A stretch of 64,000 nt of DNA, taken from the NCBI GenBank assembly GCA_002269645.1, contig NIVC01002012.1, positions 1-64,000 of the forward strand, written 5' to 3'. Positions within the stretch are counted from its first letter, which is position 1. Each line of letters starts with the position of its first letter. The notes beneath the pieces were generated by a model. The model worked only from the letters and a program-made list of their open reading frames with translations. It was not told the origin of the DNA and made no database searches. This document shows positions 24,235 to 37,423 of this stretch, in pieces. The stretch is from Macrostomum lignano. Its lineage: Eukaryota. A program made the translations under genes and the position numbers.

Positions 24235-24810
24235 GAGTGGTCACTCCGTAGAAGTATTTCTCAGTGTCACTGTAAAAGTCACTCTCAGTGTCACTCCGTA
24301 AAAGTCACTCTCAGTGTCACTCCGTAAAAGTCACTCTCAGTGTCACTCCGTAAAAGTGATTCTCAGTGTCACTCCGCAAAATTCACTCTCAGTGTCACTC
24401 CGTAAAAGTCACTCTCAGTGTCACTCCATAAAAGTCACTCTCAGTGTCGCTCACTCCGTAAAAGTCACTCTCAGTGTCACTCCATAAAAGTCACTCTCAG
24501 TGTCACTCCGTAAAATTCACTCTCAGTGTCACTCCGTAAAATTCACTCTCAGTGTCACTTCGTAAAAGTCACTCTCAGTGTCACTCCGTAAAAGTCACTC
24601 TCAGTGTCACTCCGTAAAAGTCACTCTCAGTGTCGCTCACTCCGTAAAAGTTACTCAGTGTCGCTCACTCCGTAAAAGTCACTTTCAGTGTCGCTTACTC
24701 CGTAAAAGTCACTCTCAGTGTCACTCCGTAAAAGCCACTCTCAGTGTCACTCCGTAAAATTCACTCTCAGTGTCACTCCGTAAAATTCACTCTCAGTGTC
24801 GCTCTGTGAA
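24235..24810. repeat. 26-bp minisatellite (gtcactctcagtgtcactccgtaaaa)n
   Basis: 26-bp period at 24304/24330. Confidence 0.95.
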
Positions 24811-24928
24811 AGTTACTCTCATTGTCACTACATAGAATTGTCACCCAGTAAAATTGTCACGCCATACATAGGTTTTCACTCTAATAATACCAGTCAAAAA
24901 TAGTCACCAGCTTTAGCGACTCGGCTCA

Positions 24929-27900
24929 TCACTGCTTCGGCACTCCCAGCACCTGTTCCACAGTTGTCAGTCCGTACCTCTGCGGCGCTCTGGTCATGCC
25001 GATGTCGCTGCCGCAAACCCGACCTCCGGCCGACTCCCGGACGAACTCCTTGCCCATCTGTTTCTGCGACCAGGCCAGCACTCGGTCAATATTAGGCGTG
25101 GGCAGCTGGAAGATCTCGGCGATGCCTTTGGTGATGACCAGGCCGAACGGTACATCCTCGGTCATGTAGCGATAGCCATAGTTGGGCCTGTGCAGTCCAT
25201 CTTCGCCAACCACTGTCGGATGTCGCAGACCGCGATAACTGGCGTTGGTTCGCATGGACGTGGCTAGTGTGGACTTGTCCGAGATGTCCTTGCCGTAGCA
25301 GTCCATGTACCAATCGTAGATGTGCAGCACGGATTTCAGATCGACGCCCTGTAATTTTTTAGTACAAATTACGCATCAAGCATTATGCTTTCGTTAAATG
25401 AAAATAACAAAAAGCTATCAAAGCTACTTACAGTAAATTGGAATAGTTTTAACGAAATTTAATCAAGTATAAAAAATCTTTAAATTGTGTCGCTTCACCT
25501 CATTAAATCTTGAGTTTTTAGATTAACAGCTAGTTTTTTCTGCGATAAATCCGTGATAATTATGACGATATGTATCGTAAAGTATCGATTTGCCAAATAA
25601 TTTTGACATATGTAAAACCTGTAAAAATCTAGCGAGCCGATATGTATCGAAAAATGGTTCTTTAAAATTATTACAGTTATTATCTATCGAAATCTTGCTA
25701 GAGACTAAAAATTTGATATGTATCGAAAAATCTTTCTTCCTTAAAATTATTACAGCCGATATGTATTGATTTTCTAATTTATTAATCATCCCTATTTGTA
25801 TAGAAAAATAATTCCGCAAATAACTAAACTGACAGATATTCCTACCTGGGTATCGCTGATCTTCTTGGCCAGAGCGCAGATCTCGGCACTCATCGAGTTC
25901 AACAGACTGCCGGTCTCCTCGTTGATGCCCTGATAAAACAGCGGCGACTCCGGCAATCCTTTGCCGTCCCAATTGTACCACTGGCCGTACATCACGGCTA
26001 GATGTACAATCTGATTCACCGAGCCCAGCGTGATGCCCAAAATGTGGCCCGACGCGTTCAGCACCGGCCTCTGACCGAGTAGAGACTGCGGGACAGGGGG
26101 TAGATAGCCATGGATACCAATATTGACCTACCAACTGACCTATGATTGGCCCATACCAACTGACCCATATGATTGACCTACCAACTGACCCATATGATTG
26201 ACCTACCAACTGACCCATATGATTGACCTACCAACTGACCCATACCAACTGACCCATATGATTGACCTACCAACTGACCTATATGATTGACCTACCAACT
26301 GACCCATATGATTGACCTACCAACTGACCCATATGATTGACCTACCAACTGACCCATATGATTGACCTACCAACTGACCCATATGATTGACCTACCAACT
26401 GACCCATATGATTGACCTACCAACTGACCCATATGATTGACCTACCAACTGACCCATATGATTGACCTACCAACTGACCCATATGATTGACCTACCAACT
26501 GACCCATATGATTGACCCACCAACTGACCCATATGATTGACCTACCAACTGACCCATATGATTGACCTACCAACTGACCCATATGATTGACCTACCAACT
26601 GACCCATATGATTGACCCACCAACTGACCCATATGATTGACCTACCAACTGACACATGATTGACCTACCAACTGACCCATACAAACTGACCCATATGATT
26701 GACCTACCAACTGACCCATATGATTGACCCATACCAACTGACCCATATGATTGACCCATACCAACTGACCCATATGATTGACCTACCAACTGACCCATAT
26801 GATTGACCCATACCAACTGACCCATATGATTGACCCATACAAACTGACCCATATGATTGACCCATACAAACTGACCCATATGATTGACCCATACAAACTG
26901 ACCCATATGATTGACCTACCAACTGACCCATATGATTGACCCATACCAACTGACTCATATGATTGACCTACCAACTGACCCATATGATTGACCTACCAAC
27001 TGACCCATATGATTGACCTACCAACTGACCCATATGATTGACCTACCAACTAACCCATATGATTGACCTACCAACTGACCCATATGATTGACCTACCAAC
27101 TAACCCATATGATTGACCTACCAACTGAACTATATGATTGACCCATACCAACTGACCCATATGATTGACCTACCAACTGACACATATGATTGACCTACCA
27201 ACTGACCCATACCAACTGACCCATATGATTGACCCATACCAACTGACCCATATGATTGACCTACCAACTGACCCATATGATTGACCCACCAACTGACCCA
27301 TATGATTGACCTACCAACTGACCCATATGATTGACCCATACCAACTGACCCATATGATTGACCTACCAACTGACACATGATTGACCTACCAACTGACCCA
27401 TACCAACTAACCCATATGATTGACCCATACAAACTGACCCATATGATTGACCTACCAACTGACCCATATGATTGACCCATACCAACTGACCCAAATGATT
27501 GACCTACCAACTGACCCAGTGAACAATGGAGCAGCACTGACCTGCAGGCAGGGCACCGGATCCACACGGCTGGGCACAGTGCCCAGGCGCACGGAGCCCC
27601 GCATTGACTCCTTGGTGCCAAGCACTTCAACGTGTCGGCCAAACTCCAGCAGGCGACAGGCCCAGGGCAGGGTCGCCCAGTCCATGAGGGTCACCTGGGC
27701 GCTCAATTCCGGGCCAAGGATGCCGTCAACTTCGAATGGGAAGCCGGGAGATCCGGGCATGCCGCAGATCACCGTGCCGGGCGTGATGTTGGGCAGCAGG
27801 GCGCGAAGGTAGCCGGCGTGGGCGAAGGCTGGTACTACCAGGAGGATCAAGTCCACGTCTCTGCGGAGCAATGGGTCAATTGATATGTGCTGGGTCAGGC

Positions 27901-28518
27901 AATGGGTCAATTGATATGTGCTGGGTCAGGCAATGGGTCAATTGATATGTGCTGGGTCAGGCAATGGGTCAATTGATATGTGCTGGGTCAGGCAATGGGT
28001 CAATTGATTTGTGCTGGGTCAGGCAATGGGTCAATTGATATGTGCTGGGTCAGACAATGGGTCAATTGATATGTGCTGGGTCAGGCAAAGGGTCAATTGA
28101 TATGTGCTGGGTCAGGCAATGGGTCAATGGTGTATGCTGGGACAGGCAATGGGTCAATGGATATATGAAGGGTCAGTAAATAGGTCAATGGATATATGGT
28201 GGGTCAAGTCTTCGATAAAAAATATCCCAGATGCCTGCGTCATCTCAAAAGAATTGGGGCCCACAATACTCACTTCCCAGCCACAGCCGGGTCTTTAGTA
28301 ACAACGCTCAGCTTAGCGTCCAACTCCTTAGTAGTTCCGGCATCGGTGTAAGTCACCCTCAGTAAGCCGTTATTAGCAGCCAGAGCGGCGCTAATACGCT
28401 CGGCCTCGTCGCTAAAGGTGGACATCATTCGCACATCGGCGCCATTCAACGCAGCCAAACCCGCGGCCACGTGGGCACCGTTCCCGCCGCCGCAGATAAC
28501 AACCTTCACGCCGGACAT
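24929..28518 (-). CDS. Opine dehydrogenase (octopine/tauropine dehydrogenase family), complement(join(24929..25348,25846..26085,27542..27860,28274..28518)), 407 aa
   Basis: Rossmann motif VVICGGGNGAH, VPAFAH, TLPWACR, EVLGTK, IVHLAVMYGQW, PLFYQG, RYMTEDVPFG, TRAPQRYG, all characteristic of molluscan octopine dehydrogenase. All three introns are GT-AG and phase-consistent. Confidence 0.93.
26115..27515. repeat. 25-bp minisatellite (ccaactgacccatatgattgaccta)n filling intron 2 of the opine dehydrogenase
   Basis: 25-bp period at 26281/26306. Confidence 0.97.
27868..28200. repeat. 31-bp minisatellite (caatgggtcaattgatatgtgctgggtcagg)n in intron 1 of the opine dehydrogenase
   Basis: 31-bp period at 27901/27932. 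It runs up to the splice acceptor. Confidence 0.93.
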
Positions 28519-28554
28519 TGTGATTGGCTGCGGGCGCGAGTTTGGGTTATATTT

Positions 28555-28620
28555 ATGGCCTATTGGCTAGAGAGTCTGCTTTGCATCGCAAAGGACAGGG
28601 GTTCGAATCTTGGGCGATCC
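28555..28620 (+). other. Degenerate tRNA-like sequence (tRNA-Ala(TGC)-like pseudo-tRNA or SINE head)
   Basis: A-box-like TGGCCTATTGGCTAGAG, anticodon-loop-like CTTTGCAT, B-box GGTTCGAATC. The acceptor and anticodon stems do not pair properly. Confidence 0.5.
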
Positions 28621-29634
28621 GAGTCTTTTTAATTTGAAATTAAAACTTGGGATTTCTAATAGTTTCAGTTAAAAACTAATATAGGAAAATAAAATTTGTG
28701 GTAAATTTTTTTGTTTCCATGACCTATTCGAATACTCGTACTTTTCGATAATTTCGATTCAAATAAAATACTATTGTTTCTACTCATTAGTAGCATCATT
28801 TGAAAGAAATTAGCTTAGTAAGGATATCTAATTAAATAAAACAATAAAAAATAAAAAGCTGAAAAAATTAGTCAAAAGATTTCACTGTTTTAATATCGAC
28901 CGATCTTGAATAATAAGAGCAGACGACAAGGGCGCATTGGCTTTAGACAATTCTTTTATTTTTCCGTTGGTTATTTAAAATGAAACGTACACTTGCAAGA
29001 ATTTAGCAACATTTGTTCAATACATTGAAAAAGCATTTTTTATTTGATTATAATGGAAAAGCTGTCTTTTTCTACTCTTTAATTGAGGACAACATTGATG
29101 ACAAACCAAATTTTTGCGTATTTATTAAACAAATTTAGATGAAAAAACACCAGGATAAGGGTTAAATTAGAAAGCTGACTTCTTACTTATACAAGTGCGT
29201 TAAACCTACTGTAAGTAGCAGCATGTATAGTAAATTGGAAAGCGGGGAAATATGAATGGTTTCTTAGAGTTTTTTTTTATTTAGGACGCTTTGCACTACT
29301 AATTCACAGGATATACTACTTATATGAGCATAGTAGCGGGGCAGAAACGCAATGCAAAAAATAACAGCGCTGTTGTTAAGAATGTGACAAATATGATTTT
29401 TATTGTCAAGCCCGGTTCTGGAATATATTAACTAATAAAACGCGCGTATGCTACTACTAACCAAAGCTGGTAAGTAGCCAGTCCTGAATATTATTAGAAA
29501 CTTTATATTTTTAAACAGTAAAATTATTTATTCGCAATTTTTCTGACTTATTTCGTTCGCTTGGTCTCTTGGTTAAAGACGACACTTAAAGAAGTACGAA
29601 TAGCATTGTGTGTCAAGTGAATAAACGGGTTTAA

Positions 29635-32600
29635 TTAGCCTCGATGCAGACCGACTATGCCAGCGTCGATTAATTTCTGCAATTTAGTGCGCACCTGCGG
29701 ATTCTGCAAATGTTCAGCCACAGCTTTGGGATCTTTCTGCATCTGGCCTAGGATCATCTGCATGGCCGGGTCGCTCAAGATGTCCTGCACCTCCGGATCG
29801 TTCAGGGCCGCCTGACGCCGCTGCTCATCGTTGGTGCCCAGCTCCGCTTGCATGTAGCCTTCTTTAGCCTCTTGGCAGTTCTCGTCTATCTCTAGAGCTT
29901 TCCTGTGGCGTGGATTTGGCATGGTGGATAGCTAGGGTGTCTTCTCTGGACTGTTTGTCTTCTGTCTCCAATGATTCCATCTAGTCTATCCGTGTCTAAT
30001 CTGACCCCTGTGCATCTGGTCTATTTCTAATCTGATCTCCTAATCTAATCTTATGTCTATCTAATATCTTAATTCTTTATTTTATTACCAAATTTTTATC
30101 TAATATCAGCCATATCTAAGATCACCCATTTCGATAAAATCTAACTCATTCCTATCAAATCTAACCCAATTCTAACAAATCTCACCCATTCCTATCAAAT
30201 CTAACCCAATTATAACAAATCTCACCCATATCTATCAAATCTCACCCATATCGATCAAATCTCACCCATATCTATCAAATCTAACTCATTTCTATCACAT
30301 CTCACCTATATCTATCAAATCTCACTCACATCTATTAAATGTCACCCAATTCTATCAAATCTCACCCATATCTATCAAATCTCACCTATTTCTATCAAAT
30401 CTCACCCAATTCTATCAAATCTCACTCATTCCTATCAAATCTAACCCATTTCTATCAAATCTCACCTATATCTATCAAATCTCACTCACATCTATCAAAT
30501 GTCACCCAATTCTATCAAATCTCACCCATTTCTATCTAATCTCACCCATTCCTATTAAATCTAACTAATTCCTATAAAATCTAACCCAATTATATCAAAT
30601 CTCACGCATATCTATCAAATCTCACCCACATCTATCAAATCTCACCCATTTCTATCAAATCTCACCCATTTCTATTAAATCTCACCTATATCTATCAAAT
30701 CTCACCCACATCTATCAAATCTCACCCAATTCTATCAAATCTCACCCATATCTATCAAATCTCACCCATTTGTATCAAATCACACCCATTTCTATTTAAT
30801 CTCACTCATTCCTATTAAATCTAACCAATTCCTATAAAATCTAACCCAATTCCATCAAATCTCACCCATATCAATCAAATCTCACCCATTTCTTTCAAAT
30901 CTCACCTATATATATATCAAATCTCACCTATATTTATCAAATCTCACCCATTTCTATCAAATCTCACCCATTTCTATCTAATCTAACCCATTCCTATCAA
31001 ATCCACGCATATCTATCTAACATCACCCATTCCTATCTAATCTTACCCATATTTATATAATCTCACCAAATTTCTTGCCTGCTCTACATGTACATCTCTA
31101 GTCAATTTTAAGTCAGTCTGGCTAATCTCACTTATTTTCCCCACTTTTACCTTCACAGAAGCATCCTGACCCCCTGATACGCTACTTTGCCTCACCTGTA
31201 GGCCTCGGCAGCTTTGACATTCTCTTTCATAGCCATCAGACAGGCACCCTTGCGTAGGTAGCCTTTAATAAACTTGGGATCCTTCTTAATACAGGTGTCG
31301 CAATCTTTCAAAGCCATGTTGAACTCCATCAGCTTGGTGTAGCAGGCGGCCCGGTTGCTGTACAGCCTGGGATCGTCCGGGTTCCGTCGGATCGCTTCGC
31401 TGTAGTGCCGAATCGCGTCAGGAAATTTGCCATTGGAGAACTGCTCGTTACCTTTGGCTTTCTCTTCTTCCGCTAGCTCGGGATTGATATAAGCTTGCTC
31501 CTCCAGTTGCTTCAATTGTCTTTCAATCTCTTGGGCTCGCTTGATAACATCGGGAGCTCGGTGTTCGCTTAGCGATTTATCGAAATAGCGTTTCGCCTCG
31601 CGTAAATTGCCCAGCTTAACGTTGGCATTAGCGATGCGGGCCAGGGCTTTGGCGATCAGTTTAAAATCCGCATTGTTCTCCCGGCCGATCTCAATGCCTT
31701 TCTGGCATTCGGCTATGCAATCTTCGTAGCGTTGCTGTTCGAACCTCACAGCGGCTGTGTTGGTGTACAGGGACACGTTGGTAGGGGCCAGCTCCATGGC
31801 CTGCTTGTACAGCTCGATGGCCTGGTCGAACTGCTTCGCTTTGTAAGCTGAGTTGCCCTGCTCTTTGAGCGCGTTCGCCTGCGGGTCAGAGATGGGGGGG
31901 GTGGCAGTATTGAATTTAGCTTTGGGGCAATCAATGCGAGCGCAACTGACCGACTGACTAACTACCTGACTAACTACCTGACTAACTACCTGACTAACTA
32001 CCTGACTAACTACCTGACTAACTACCTGACTAACTACCTGACTAACTACCTGACTAACTACCTGACTAACTACCTGACTAACTACCAGACTAACTACCTG
32101 ACTAACTATCTACCTGACTAACTACCTGACTAACTATCTACCTGACTAACTACTAGACTAACTACCTGACTAACTACTAGACTAACTACCTGACTAACTA
32201 CCTGACTAACTACCTGACTAACTATCTACCTGACTAACTACCTGACTAACTATCTACCTGACTAACTACTAGACTAACTACCAGACTAACTACCAGACTA
32301 ACTACCTGACTAACTACCTGACTAACTATCTACCTGACTAACTACTAGACTAACTACCTGACTAACTACCTGACTAACTACTAGACTAACTACCTGACTA
32401 ACTACTAGACTAACTACCTGACTGACTGACTGACTAACTAACTGACTAACTGACTGACTAATTAACTAACTGACTAACTAACTAACTGATTAACAAACTA
32501 ACTAAAGACAGGAAGAGCCTTGACGACAGAATCTATTGAATTCTAGCTAGCACCGTGAAGCAATGCTTTACCTTCTTCTCCTCCTCTGTCAGACTCTGAT

Positions 32601-34485
32601 CCGCAGAAGCAGACGGCTTGGGCTCCTCTTTGGGCGGCGGCGGAGGCGAGGCAGCCGCATCCGTCTCCATTTTGTCGTCTTGGGCGTCGCCGCCGGCGCC
32701 GTTCATTGCGTCGTCCAGATTGACGCCGAGAAGCTCGCTGACGCAGGCCATCACTCTGCATTGGTGTACAGACATAATAAGCAGGTAAAAGTAACCGATT
32801 GAACGTCACTTAAACCGGTACCTACCGAAGCGAGTTCTTAAACTCCAAATATTGTGTTTAAATCCTAGACTCACTTGGAAATATTTCTAGAATCTCACCC
32901 TGTGGATTCCTAGAATCTTATTTTTTATTCTTAGAATCGTACCTTGGGGACTCCAAGAATCTTATTTTGTAGAGTTTTAGAATTTCACCTTCGTGGATTT
33001 TTAGAATCTCACCCTGCGGATTCCTAGAATCTCACTATGGGGATTCCTAGAATCTCACTATGGGATTCCTGGAATATCACTATGGGATTCCTAGAATATC
33101 ACCTTGGAGACTCCTAGGGTCTCACCTTCGTGGATTTTTAGAATCTCACCCTGGGGATTCCTAGAATCTCACCTCGGAGACTACTAGGGTCTCACCTTCG
33201 TGGATTTTTAGAATCTCACCCTGGGGATTCCTAGAATCTCACTATGGGGATTTCTAGAATCTCACTATGGGGATTCCTAGAATCTCACTATGGGGATTCC
33301 TAGAATCTCACTATGGGGATTCCTAGAATCTCACCTTGGAGACTACTAGGGTCTCACCTTCGTGGATTTTTAGAATCTCACCCTGGGGATTCCTAGAATC
33401 TCACCTTGGAGACTACTAGGGTCTCACCTTCGTGGATTTTTAGAATCTCACCCTGGGGATTCCTAGAATATCACCTTGGAGACTCCTAGGGTCTCACCTT
33501 CGTGGATTTTTAGAATCTCACCCTGGGGATTCCTAGAATATCACCTTGGAGACTCCTAGGGTCTCACCTTCGTGGATTTTTAGAATCTCACCCTGGGGAT
33601 TCCTAGAATATCACCTTGGAGACTCCTAGGGTCTCACCTTCGTGGATTTTTAGAATCTCACCCTGGGGATTCCTAGAATATCACCTTGGAGACTACTAGG
33701 GTCTCACCTTCGTGGATTTTTAAAATCTCACCCTGGAGATTCCAAGAATCTCATCTTGGGGATTCCTAGAATCTGATCTTGGGATTCCTAGAATCTTTCC
33801 TTGAGGATTCCTAGAATCTCACCTTGAGGATTCCTAGAATCTCACCTTGGGGGTTTGTGAAATATTACCCTCTGATTTTAATTACACTTAAAACTTAAAG
33901 GTGCCTCTAAAACCCTAATTTTAGATTATTAGAGTATCTTTACTAGAATTTTAAACAGCAGCACACGCACCTGGGATCCTGAATAAACTGCCCCAGCTTA
34001 GACGGGTCCTGCTGCATCATCTGCAGTTTGAGTCGGAAATCCGGATCGCTTAAATAAGACCGCAGTTTAGGCGACTTCTGAATTCGATCCATCAGTTTTG
34101 GATCGGCAAAAGGATTAAAGAATGCTTTATTCCCAGCTTGGGAATAGGCGTTCTCCATTGCCGCCTTCAGCTGGGCATTATTTGGCTCCTTTTGCAGCGC
34201 GTCCTCGTACACTCCAACAGCTTCGTCAAATCTGCCAAGAAACTCAAGAGCGGCGCCCTTTCGAGTGTAGCCTTTAGTCCAGTTGGGCGCCAGCTTCACG
34301 CACTCGTCAGCGTCAGCGAGAGCTTCGGTGTAGCGTTCAGCTTTGCAATAAGCTGCCGAACGATTGCTGAACAGCACGTGATTGCTTGGGTCGAGTTTTA
34401 TAGCCTCAGTGTAGCAGCTGATGGCTTCGTCAATGTTGCCAGCGGATAGGGCAGAATTGCCTTTGTTTTTTAATTCGTCTGCCAT
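29635..34485 (-). CDS. STIP1: Stress-induced phosphoprotein 1 (Hop/Sti1), complement(join(29635..29902,31196..31878,32572..32755,33971..34485)), 549 aa
   Basis: TPR1 (ELKNKGNSAL...NHVLFSNRSAAY), DP1, TPR2A (ALKEQGNSAY), TPR2B (AYINPELAEEEKAKGN...LYSNRAACYTKL), DP2 (NDPEVQDILSDPAMQMILGQMQKDP). Three phase-consistent GT-AG introns. Confidence 0.97.
30110..31070. repeat. 20-bp minisatellite (atctcacccatttctatcaa)n, STIP1 intron 3
   Basis: Direct reading. Confidence 0.95.
31960..32500. repeat. 12-bp repeat (ctgactaactac)n grading into 4-bp units, STIP1 intron 2
   Basis: Direct reading. Confidence 0.95.
32890..33850. repeat. About 21-24-bp satellite with a 70-bp higher-order repeat core, STIP1 intron 1
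   Basis: gtctcacctt recurs at 33351, 33421, 33491, 33561, 33631 and 33701. Confidence 0.93.
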
Positions 34486-35170
34486 ATTCTTGTGTGCACT
34501 TTTTTGAAGAGGATTTGATTTTTGTTAATTAGCTGCACTTGCAAACATGCATTGAGATTATTATTAGTTTCCAAAGATATAGTTATGGCAAAAGAAAAAC
34601 TTTAACTTTAAATTTAACTTTGCACCCCCTAAAAAAGTTCATTTGATAACAAATATGGCTCTGAGATTTCTAAGAGGTTGCTTAATGCAACACAAGTTTA
34701 ACATGCCAAAATGCTGATTAAAATTAAAAACTTTCACTGATTTTTACCATGGGGAATTTAGCTTTTTTGCTACTAGGAACAAAATGATGGACACTTAATT
34801 TAAATTTAAACCCTTGAAAAATATGAACTATCAGACTAAACATATTCTAGAGGATCTAGACAAAAGCCTATTAAACCTAATCTAATATATATACCTTGAT
34901 TGCACAGTTTTGTGCTTAAACAATTTTAAAGAGAAGTCTTAAAATAATAACAATAGCATTTACCAGTTTGGTCAATCATTTGAATCGAAACTTGGGTTGA
35001 GCTTGCTTATTCTGCTGCTTGCTTTTTAGTTCTTTAAACTGCTAAATCTCTAATCTTTATAATTGTCTAAACCTAGTATATCTATATTCTCTAATCTTTG
35101 ACAAGCTTTCTCTATGCCTAGGCCCTATCCACTTTTTTTAGTTTTAATTTCATAGTTTACCATAATGCAA

Positions 35171-35578
35171 CTACAAAATAGAAAAATGGGCAGAGAGCTA
35201 GAATAAGAGTCTTGGATAAAGTGAGACACTTGGCCAAAGTTATTTTCATAACATAATTAAACAATCAGGTCACATGCAAAAAAGAAAAAGAGAAAAAAAG
35301 ATCAAGGTAAAGAGCTAGAATGCTATCCCAAGCTAGACAGAACTAGTCACTAGGTGGCCCGCATAGCAAAATTACTACAAAATAGAAAAATGGGCAGAGA
35401 GCTAGAATAAGAGTCTTGGATAAAGTGAGACACTTGGCCAAAGTTATTTTCATAACATAATTAAACAATCAGGTCACATGCAAAAAAGAAAAAGAGAAAA
35501 AAAGATCAAGCCAAAGAGCTAGAATGCTATCCCAAGCTAGACAGAACTAGTCACTAGGTGGCCCGCATAGCAAAATTA
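35171..35578. repeat. 204-bp direct tandem duplication (35171..35374 and 35375..35578)
   Basis: Near-identical units. The only difference I saw is aaggta vs aagcca. Confidence 0.93.
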
Positions 35579-35880
35579 CGTATCCAATAGAATTTGGGAT
35601 GTCTCCAATATGTAACTTTTTTGGTTGCAGGAACATCCTTGATACATATTCAATTTTTATGATCCTCTTAAGAAGCTTGTTTCTACAAAAATGGTGAACA
35701 GGTAATGCTTGAAATTTTATTGATTATTTATTCCACCATTTTTTGTAGAAAAAAAGCTTCTTTAGAGGATCATAAAAATTGGATATGTATCAAGGATGTT
35801 CCTGCAACCAAAAAAGTTACGTATTGGAGACATCCCACTTTCTATTGGATACGTAATATTGCTATGCGGGTGGCCAACCT
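35556..35880. mobile_element. Foldback/MITE-like element with about 140-bp inverted arms and a short loop
   Basis: 35556-35698 is the reverse complement of about 35731-35880 (e.g. ggttgcaggaacatccttgatacat / atgtatcaaggatgttcctgcaacc). Confidence 0.85.
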
Positions 35881-36499
35881 GGACTTTTTGAACTTAAGTT
35901 ATGTAAAATACTTCTAATTTTCTGATTTTTCTGAAACTTTTGCCAGAGTCTTAGAGGCTGTCCAAAATGATAATAAAGCAAAAAACTGCAAAAATTACTT
36001 TCAGAGTTAACAAGAGCTAGATTTTTAATCCTCTTTATAATTAGTTATTATTTGATGCAAGTAGTTTCAGAGAATTGTATGTTTGAAACAAACTTTTTTA
36101 GAATCGTGACTTTCAAACGTAAATATTTTTTACAATTTACTGAATTCATTTAAAAAAACATTTAGAAGGTTAGAATTTCAACCCCAATAAAAAAGTGTCG
36201 ATTCTAATTTTTCTTTACTTAGTTTGTTATAGTGCAGCAAGAATGCCACATCTTATTTGTGTTTTTAAAAATGCTGACTCACAGTTTGCCAGCCACCTCT
36301 CACCTCCCGCTTTTGGTTTGTTGTTCTCTCATGGTTGTGACTAGCTGCACATTCTTTACTTGTTTACCTATGCTCATTTTTACTAATCTACATTGTCTTC
36401 TCCATTCTCAAGGTACTATAGCTGCTGATATTAATTAGTTTGATAGGATTATAATTTTTCTCCTTGGAGGTGTTTGATAACTTGCTGAATTTTTTATTT

Positions 36500-37000
36500 A
36501 AGCTTCATTACAATTCTCCCTTGGACCCCCTTAGTCTCTAAATTTATCTACCTAATCTACAATAAACCCACATGCCTTTATTGAAACTTAGGTATATAAA
36601 AACAATCTCTATGAAAATTTTACCTACCTTAAAACCTTTCATTCCCCATGCTTTGATAGTTGGTAGTTGTCAGCCATCTCCCCTATCAGACCCCTTTGGG
36701 TTTGAAATTTATTTACCTAATCTTCAATAGACCCCCATGCTTCTATTAAGGTTTTAGTACATAAAATCTATCTTAATGAGAAGATTCTATCTACTCAAAA
36801 ACTGCAAATTCCCCATGCCCTATTGTTGGTGGTTGTTAGCTCCTCCCATATCCCCAAGACTTGCCCTCTCCCCTCAGTCTCCAAATTTATCTACCTAATC
36901 TTCAATAGACTTTTATGCCTCTATTGAAGTTTAGGTACATAAAATCATTCTCTATGAAGATTTTCTCCCCCTTAAAACCTCCCATTTTCCATGCCCTGGT
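36500..37000. repeat. Three degenerate direct repeats of about 175 bp
   Basis: aaatttatctacctaatc...ccccatg...tacataaaa recurs near 36540, 36705 and 36885. Confidence 0.7.
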
Positions 37001-37210
37001 GGTTGGCTTTAAGCTATAAAAAATGAAGCTCAAATTTGAAATCAGCACTATCAAAAAACCTTATAAAAACAAAATTATAATCCTATCAAAACTGAAATTA
37101 CTTTATCTACCTAAAGTTCAACAAGTCCACTAACCTAGACAAAGACAAAGGAGAAAGGGCAAAATAAGTGCAGAATATACTACAATAATAAAGCTATATT
37201 AAGATAAAAA

Positions 37211-37423
37211 TAACTTTGGCCAATCAGTTTTTATTTACATTAAAACCAATGTTAAAATGTGTATAGACATACGCATGATTCTATATGATGAATTAGACCT
37301 ATTTACCCTACATAGTTTAAAAGGCAATATCTACATTGGGATTTCTTGGCATATGAAGGTCATACAATTTTTTAACCTTTAATGTTGGTTTTAACAGAGG
37401 TAAAAACTGATTGGCCAAAGTTA
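37211..37423. mobile_element. TA-flanked MITE (Tc1/mariner-like), about 213 bp
   Basis: TAactttggccaatcagttttta...taaaaactgattggccaaagtTA terminal inverted repeats. Confidence 0.7.

Noticed and set aside
28555-28620. Functional tRNA-Ala gene
   Set aside because: The acceptor and anticodon stems do not pair; kept only as a tRNA-like remnant.
16889-34485. ERO1, opine dehydrogenase and STIP1 as a co-regulated stress cluster
   Set aside because: Mixed orientations, no shared regulatory motif found, and adjacency alone is not evidence.
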